DNA of 29,818 bases from a virus. Its lineage: Duplodnaviria > Caudoviricetes. Each line of letters begins with the position of its first letter. The stretch's first letter is position 1. The notes beneath the pieces were generated by a model. That model was not told the origin of the DNA. It searched no databases and saw nothing but the letters and a program-made list of their open reading frames with translations. Location of the stretch: positions 1-29,818 of the IMG/VR virus record IMGVR_UViG_3300044723_007644; one strand, written 5' to 3'. Positions 27,469 through 29,818 of the stretch are shown piece by piece. The position numbers and the translations under genes are program-made.

Positions 27469-27654
27469 ATGAAGCATATGATAAAATGGCTGAAGATAAC
27501 AGCCGGTATAAACATATATCTATCAGTAATAATGACATTTGTGTTTTTAACATTACTGTTTGCAATAGTATCTGACTATAATTTAACCAATGCAGATGAA
27601 TATGTAAGATTCTTAATAAAAGAAGAACTTAACAAGCCTAATGCAAATAACTAA
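27469..27654 (+). CDS. Small membrane protein, unknown function
   Basis: 61 aa with one TM segment, directly after the sigma70 promoter. Confidence 0.6.
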   Translation: MKHMIKWLKITAGINIYLSVIMTFVFLTLLFAIVSDYNLTNADEYVRFLIKEELNKPNANN

Positions 27655-27949
27655 TTACACAAACAGTCTGAGAAACTATGCTATGGCAGTTGCAAGTGCC
27701 CACATAGTAGCAATTGGTTGGTTATATCCAATGGTGCTATTTTATATTTTTGTGCCTCCCATAATATTTTATATGTTATTTTTATATTGCGAACTTATGT
27801 ACGAAATTGAAGTTGGTACTAGATTGAGATTACTAAAAGCAATACGTGAAACAGACGATCCAATCACAAAAGACGTGCTTACATGGGAATTATTATTACA
27901 CGAAGAGCATTGTATATTTAATGCTTCAAACGATAGGTTAGGATTTTAA
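27641..27949 (+). CDS. Small membrane protein, unknown function
   Basis: 102 aa with a long hydrophobic stretch; overlaps the previous ORF by 14 nt. Confidence 0.55.
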   Translation: MQITNYTNSLRNYAMAVASAHIVAIGWLYPMVLFYIFVPPIIFYMLFLYCELMYEIEVGTRLRLLKAIRETDDPITKDVLTWELLLHEEHCIFNASNDRLGF

Positions 27950-27955
27950 TTTAAT

Positions 27956-27963
27956 GATAAATA
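27956..27963 (+). promoter_or_regulatory. Late-promoter-like motif GATAAATA
   Basis: Exact motif upstream of a hairpin leader and AAGGAG RBS of 28017. Confidence 0.6.
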
Positions 27964-28016
27964 TATTATGTTATAATAACAGATGGTTTTATAACATTCT
28001 TATATAAGGAGAAAAT

Positions 28017-28352
28017 ATGAATAAATTGAAAAATATATTTTTTGGTGTATTCTTTGTGATGTTCGCTCAAGGTTGTGCCACAGTTGGTACAGTAATTGAC
28101 GGCGGAAAACAACTTGCTACAGATACAATTGATACTGTAACCGGTACTGCTAGTTCAGTAGTTGGTTCAGTTGCAAATGATGTTGGTAGCATTGTGCAAA
28201 CTGGTGCAGAAGTAGGTGTTGGATTAGTCCAAACTGCGGCTGACACAGGTGCTGGATTAGTGAAAGTTGTTGCTGACGAAGTAAACGACCAAACTGATGC
28301 TTTACAAGAAGGCGAAGCAAAAGAAGAAACTAAAGAAGAGCCAAAAAAGTAA
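28017..28352 (+). CDS. Lipoprotein with 11-residue amphipathic repeats
   Basis: MNKLK + hydrophobic + FAQGC lipobox; strong AAGGAG RBS; ends CCA AAA AAG TAA. Confidence 0.8.
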   Translation: MNKLKNIFFGVFFVMFAQGCATVGTVIDGGKQLATDTIDTVTGTASSVVGSVANDVGSIVQTGAEVGVGLVQTAADTGAGLVKVVADEVNDQTDALQEGEAKEETKEEPKK

Positions 28353-28528
28353 CACGCTCATTCTTTAAACCCTTTAAGTTTTTAACTAAGAACGAAAAGG
28401 CTAAAGTCTTACCCTCAATAGAGGATGAGCAGGTTTCAGATGAGGAGATCCAAGAGTTTATTAAACAGGTAAAATTGTATCAAAAACTAATGGAGTACTG
28501 CTCTAAGAATCCTAAAGAGTGTGAATAA
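28343..28528 (+). other. Candidate -1 frameshift site A_AAA_AAG and 59-codon extension frame
   Basis: Heptamer 28343-28349 just before the stop; -1 frame reads VTRSFFKPF...YCSKNPKECE* to 28528 and fills the gap. Confidence 0.65.
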
Positions 28529-28530
28529 TT

Positions 28531-28998
28531 ATGAGAACGGCAATAGCAGGCATGTTATTGCTGTTTTCTTCTAGTCTATTTGCTTTAGACCTCACTTATA
28601 ATCCCCCACTAGATCCTTATTACTGCGATAATAATCCTGAAATTTGTAAAAGTTTTGAATCCAATGACGTTCCAAAGTTTAATATAACTCCACGAGCTAC
28701 CAATGGACAATGGTTAGCATTTTGGACATTTCAGTTATTAGATGTTTACTCAACATCAAAAGCATTAAAGTATGATTGTGTAAAAGAAGTAAATCCACTT
28801 TTTACAGAAAATCCTAGTGATGCTAGATTAGTACTTACGAAAACACTTTTACTTGTACCTGGATTAGTTTACAATGATTATTGGAAAGAAGTCACACCCC
28901 ACGAACTTGATGATTCTAATATGGTGTACTCAGTAGTTGTTGCGAATAACTTTAGATTACTAAACAAAGCCAAGCAGGAATGCAATAAAATACGATAA
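28531..28998 (+). CDS. Exported/membrane protein, unknown function
   Basis: Signal peptide (LFA/L), YYCDNNPEIC, LDVYST..AL...KEVNPLF. Confidence 0.7.
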   Translation: MRTAIAGMLLLFSSSLFALDLTYNPPLDPYYCDNNPEICKSFESNDVPKFNITPRATNGQWLAFWTFQLLDVYSTSKALKYDCVKEVNPLFTENPSDARLVLTKTLLLVPGLVYNDYWKEVTPHELDDSNMVYSVVVANNFRLLNKAKQECNKIR

Positions 28999-29001
28999 AT
29001 A
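28994..29001 (+). promoter_or_regulatory. Late-promoter-like motif GATAAATA, 5 nt before ATG
   Basis: gataaata-tcggt-ATG (29007). Confidence 0.55.
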
Positions 29002-29006
29002 TCGGT

Positions 29007-29818
29007 ATGAAATGGTTATACAGCGGGTACGCAGTAGCGGTATCTATAGCATTGTTACTCGCACTAAGGGTAGTTGACCCTACGCCATTACAAAGTCTTA
29101 GAGGTCAAGTATTTGACAGTTACCAACAATTAGATGAAATAGTACAAAGTGAAGATGTTGTATTGTTAAACTTTGGTGAAAACACTTTAGCAACTTATGG
29201 ACAATATCCTTTTCCAAGACAATACTATGCTCAACTAATTGTAGATGTTGCTAGTAAAAATAGTGGAGTTGTGGGTTGGACAATAATGTTTCCAGAAGAA
29301 GATCGTTTTGGTGGAGATCCAGCCTTTGCTAGTTTTTTAGAACAAAATAAAGTAAATGTTCCTGGAGCAAGACGAAACCCTGTAAATTATAATGTGTTAA
29401 GTCAGACACCTAGTGTTAAAGGTATCAAAACTACAGGCCCTCATATAGGCACAGGCACTATTGGTCCTGTACCAGCAAAAGACTATTTGTTAAAATGGCC
29501 TAACTTAGTGACTAATGTACCTATGCTGGAAGTAATGGCAAATGGAAAAGGGGTAAATGCTTCTGCGCCACAACCAGATAACCAAACAAGAACTTACCCA
29601 CTAGCAATCACAGTAGGTGAAAAAATTTATCCTAGTTTTGCTGTGGAAATGTTGAGAGTTAAAACCGGCAATAAAAGTTATATAGTTAAAACAAGTGAAA
29701 TAGGTATACAGGAAATTGCTGTTAAAGGATTTGAACCTATTGTTACTCAACCTGATGGCACAGCATATATAAGATTTAATAACAAATTTGAAACTATAGA
29801 ATATACCGGAGCAGACAG
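29007..29818 (+). CDS. CHASE2-domain membrane sensor (probably adenylate/guanylate cyclase type), truncated by window end
   Basis: Absent from the ORF track (no stop). Hand translation MKWLYSGYAVAVSIALLLALRVVDP...VFDSYQ...YGQYPFPR...MFPEEDRFGGD...PQPDNQTRTYPL...YPSFAVEMLRV fits CHASE2 motifs; no catalytic domain visible. Confidence 0.8.
   Translation, partial: MKWLYSGYAVAVSIALLLALRVVDPTPLQSLRGQVFDSYQQLDEIVQSEDVVLLNFGENTLATYGQYPFPRQYYAQLIVDVASKNSGVVGWTIMFPEEDRFGGDPAFASFLEQNKVNVPGARRNPVNYNVLSQTPSVKGIKTTGPHIGTGTIGPVPAKDYLLKWPNLVTNVPMLEVMANGKGVNASAPQPDNQTRTYPLAITVGEKIYPSFAVEMLRVKTGNKSYIVKTSEIGIQEIAVKGFEPIVTQPDGTAYIRFNNKFETIEYTGAD

Noticed and set aside
22463-28352. Classical lysis cassette (holin, endolysin, spanin)
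   Set aside because: No endolysin visible and the lipoproteins are CsgG and an 11-mer repeat protein; a holin role for the TM pair is unproven.
1-29818. Stop-codon reassignment
   Set aside because: Core genes are full length in the standard code, and TAG (753) and TGA (7339, 19789) behave as normal stops.

Overview
AT-rich window from a large T4-like (myovirus) phage, probably aquatic, with a Gram-negative host (inferred from CsgG/CsgF and lipoprotein genes). Left to right: (i) a minus-strand unit of gp26-like hub/tail chaperone, unannotated gp51-like frame and GIY-YIG nuclease, where the chaperone ends in a T_TTT_TTC slippery site suggesting a gpG/gpGT-type -1 frameshift; (ii) a tape-measure-like gene and the head module (gp20 portal, small core protein, GT10-like insertion, acidic core protein, gp21, gp22, gp23); (iii) four fibre/structural genes, three with peptidase-G2-like C-termini, interrupted by an AurF/ferritin-like diiron gene and a structured-looking leader; (iv) the most notable part, a ~7.4 kb envelope island with two small membrane proteins, csgF, csgG, two curlin-repeat proteins, a FecR-domain protein, a lipoprotein with a second candidate -1 frameshift (A_AAA_AAG), and a CHASE2 sensor gene cut by the window end. 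A GATAAATA late-promoter-like motif recurs in the intergenic gaps. All family calls come from motif recognition by eye; no searches were run.
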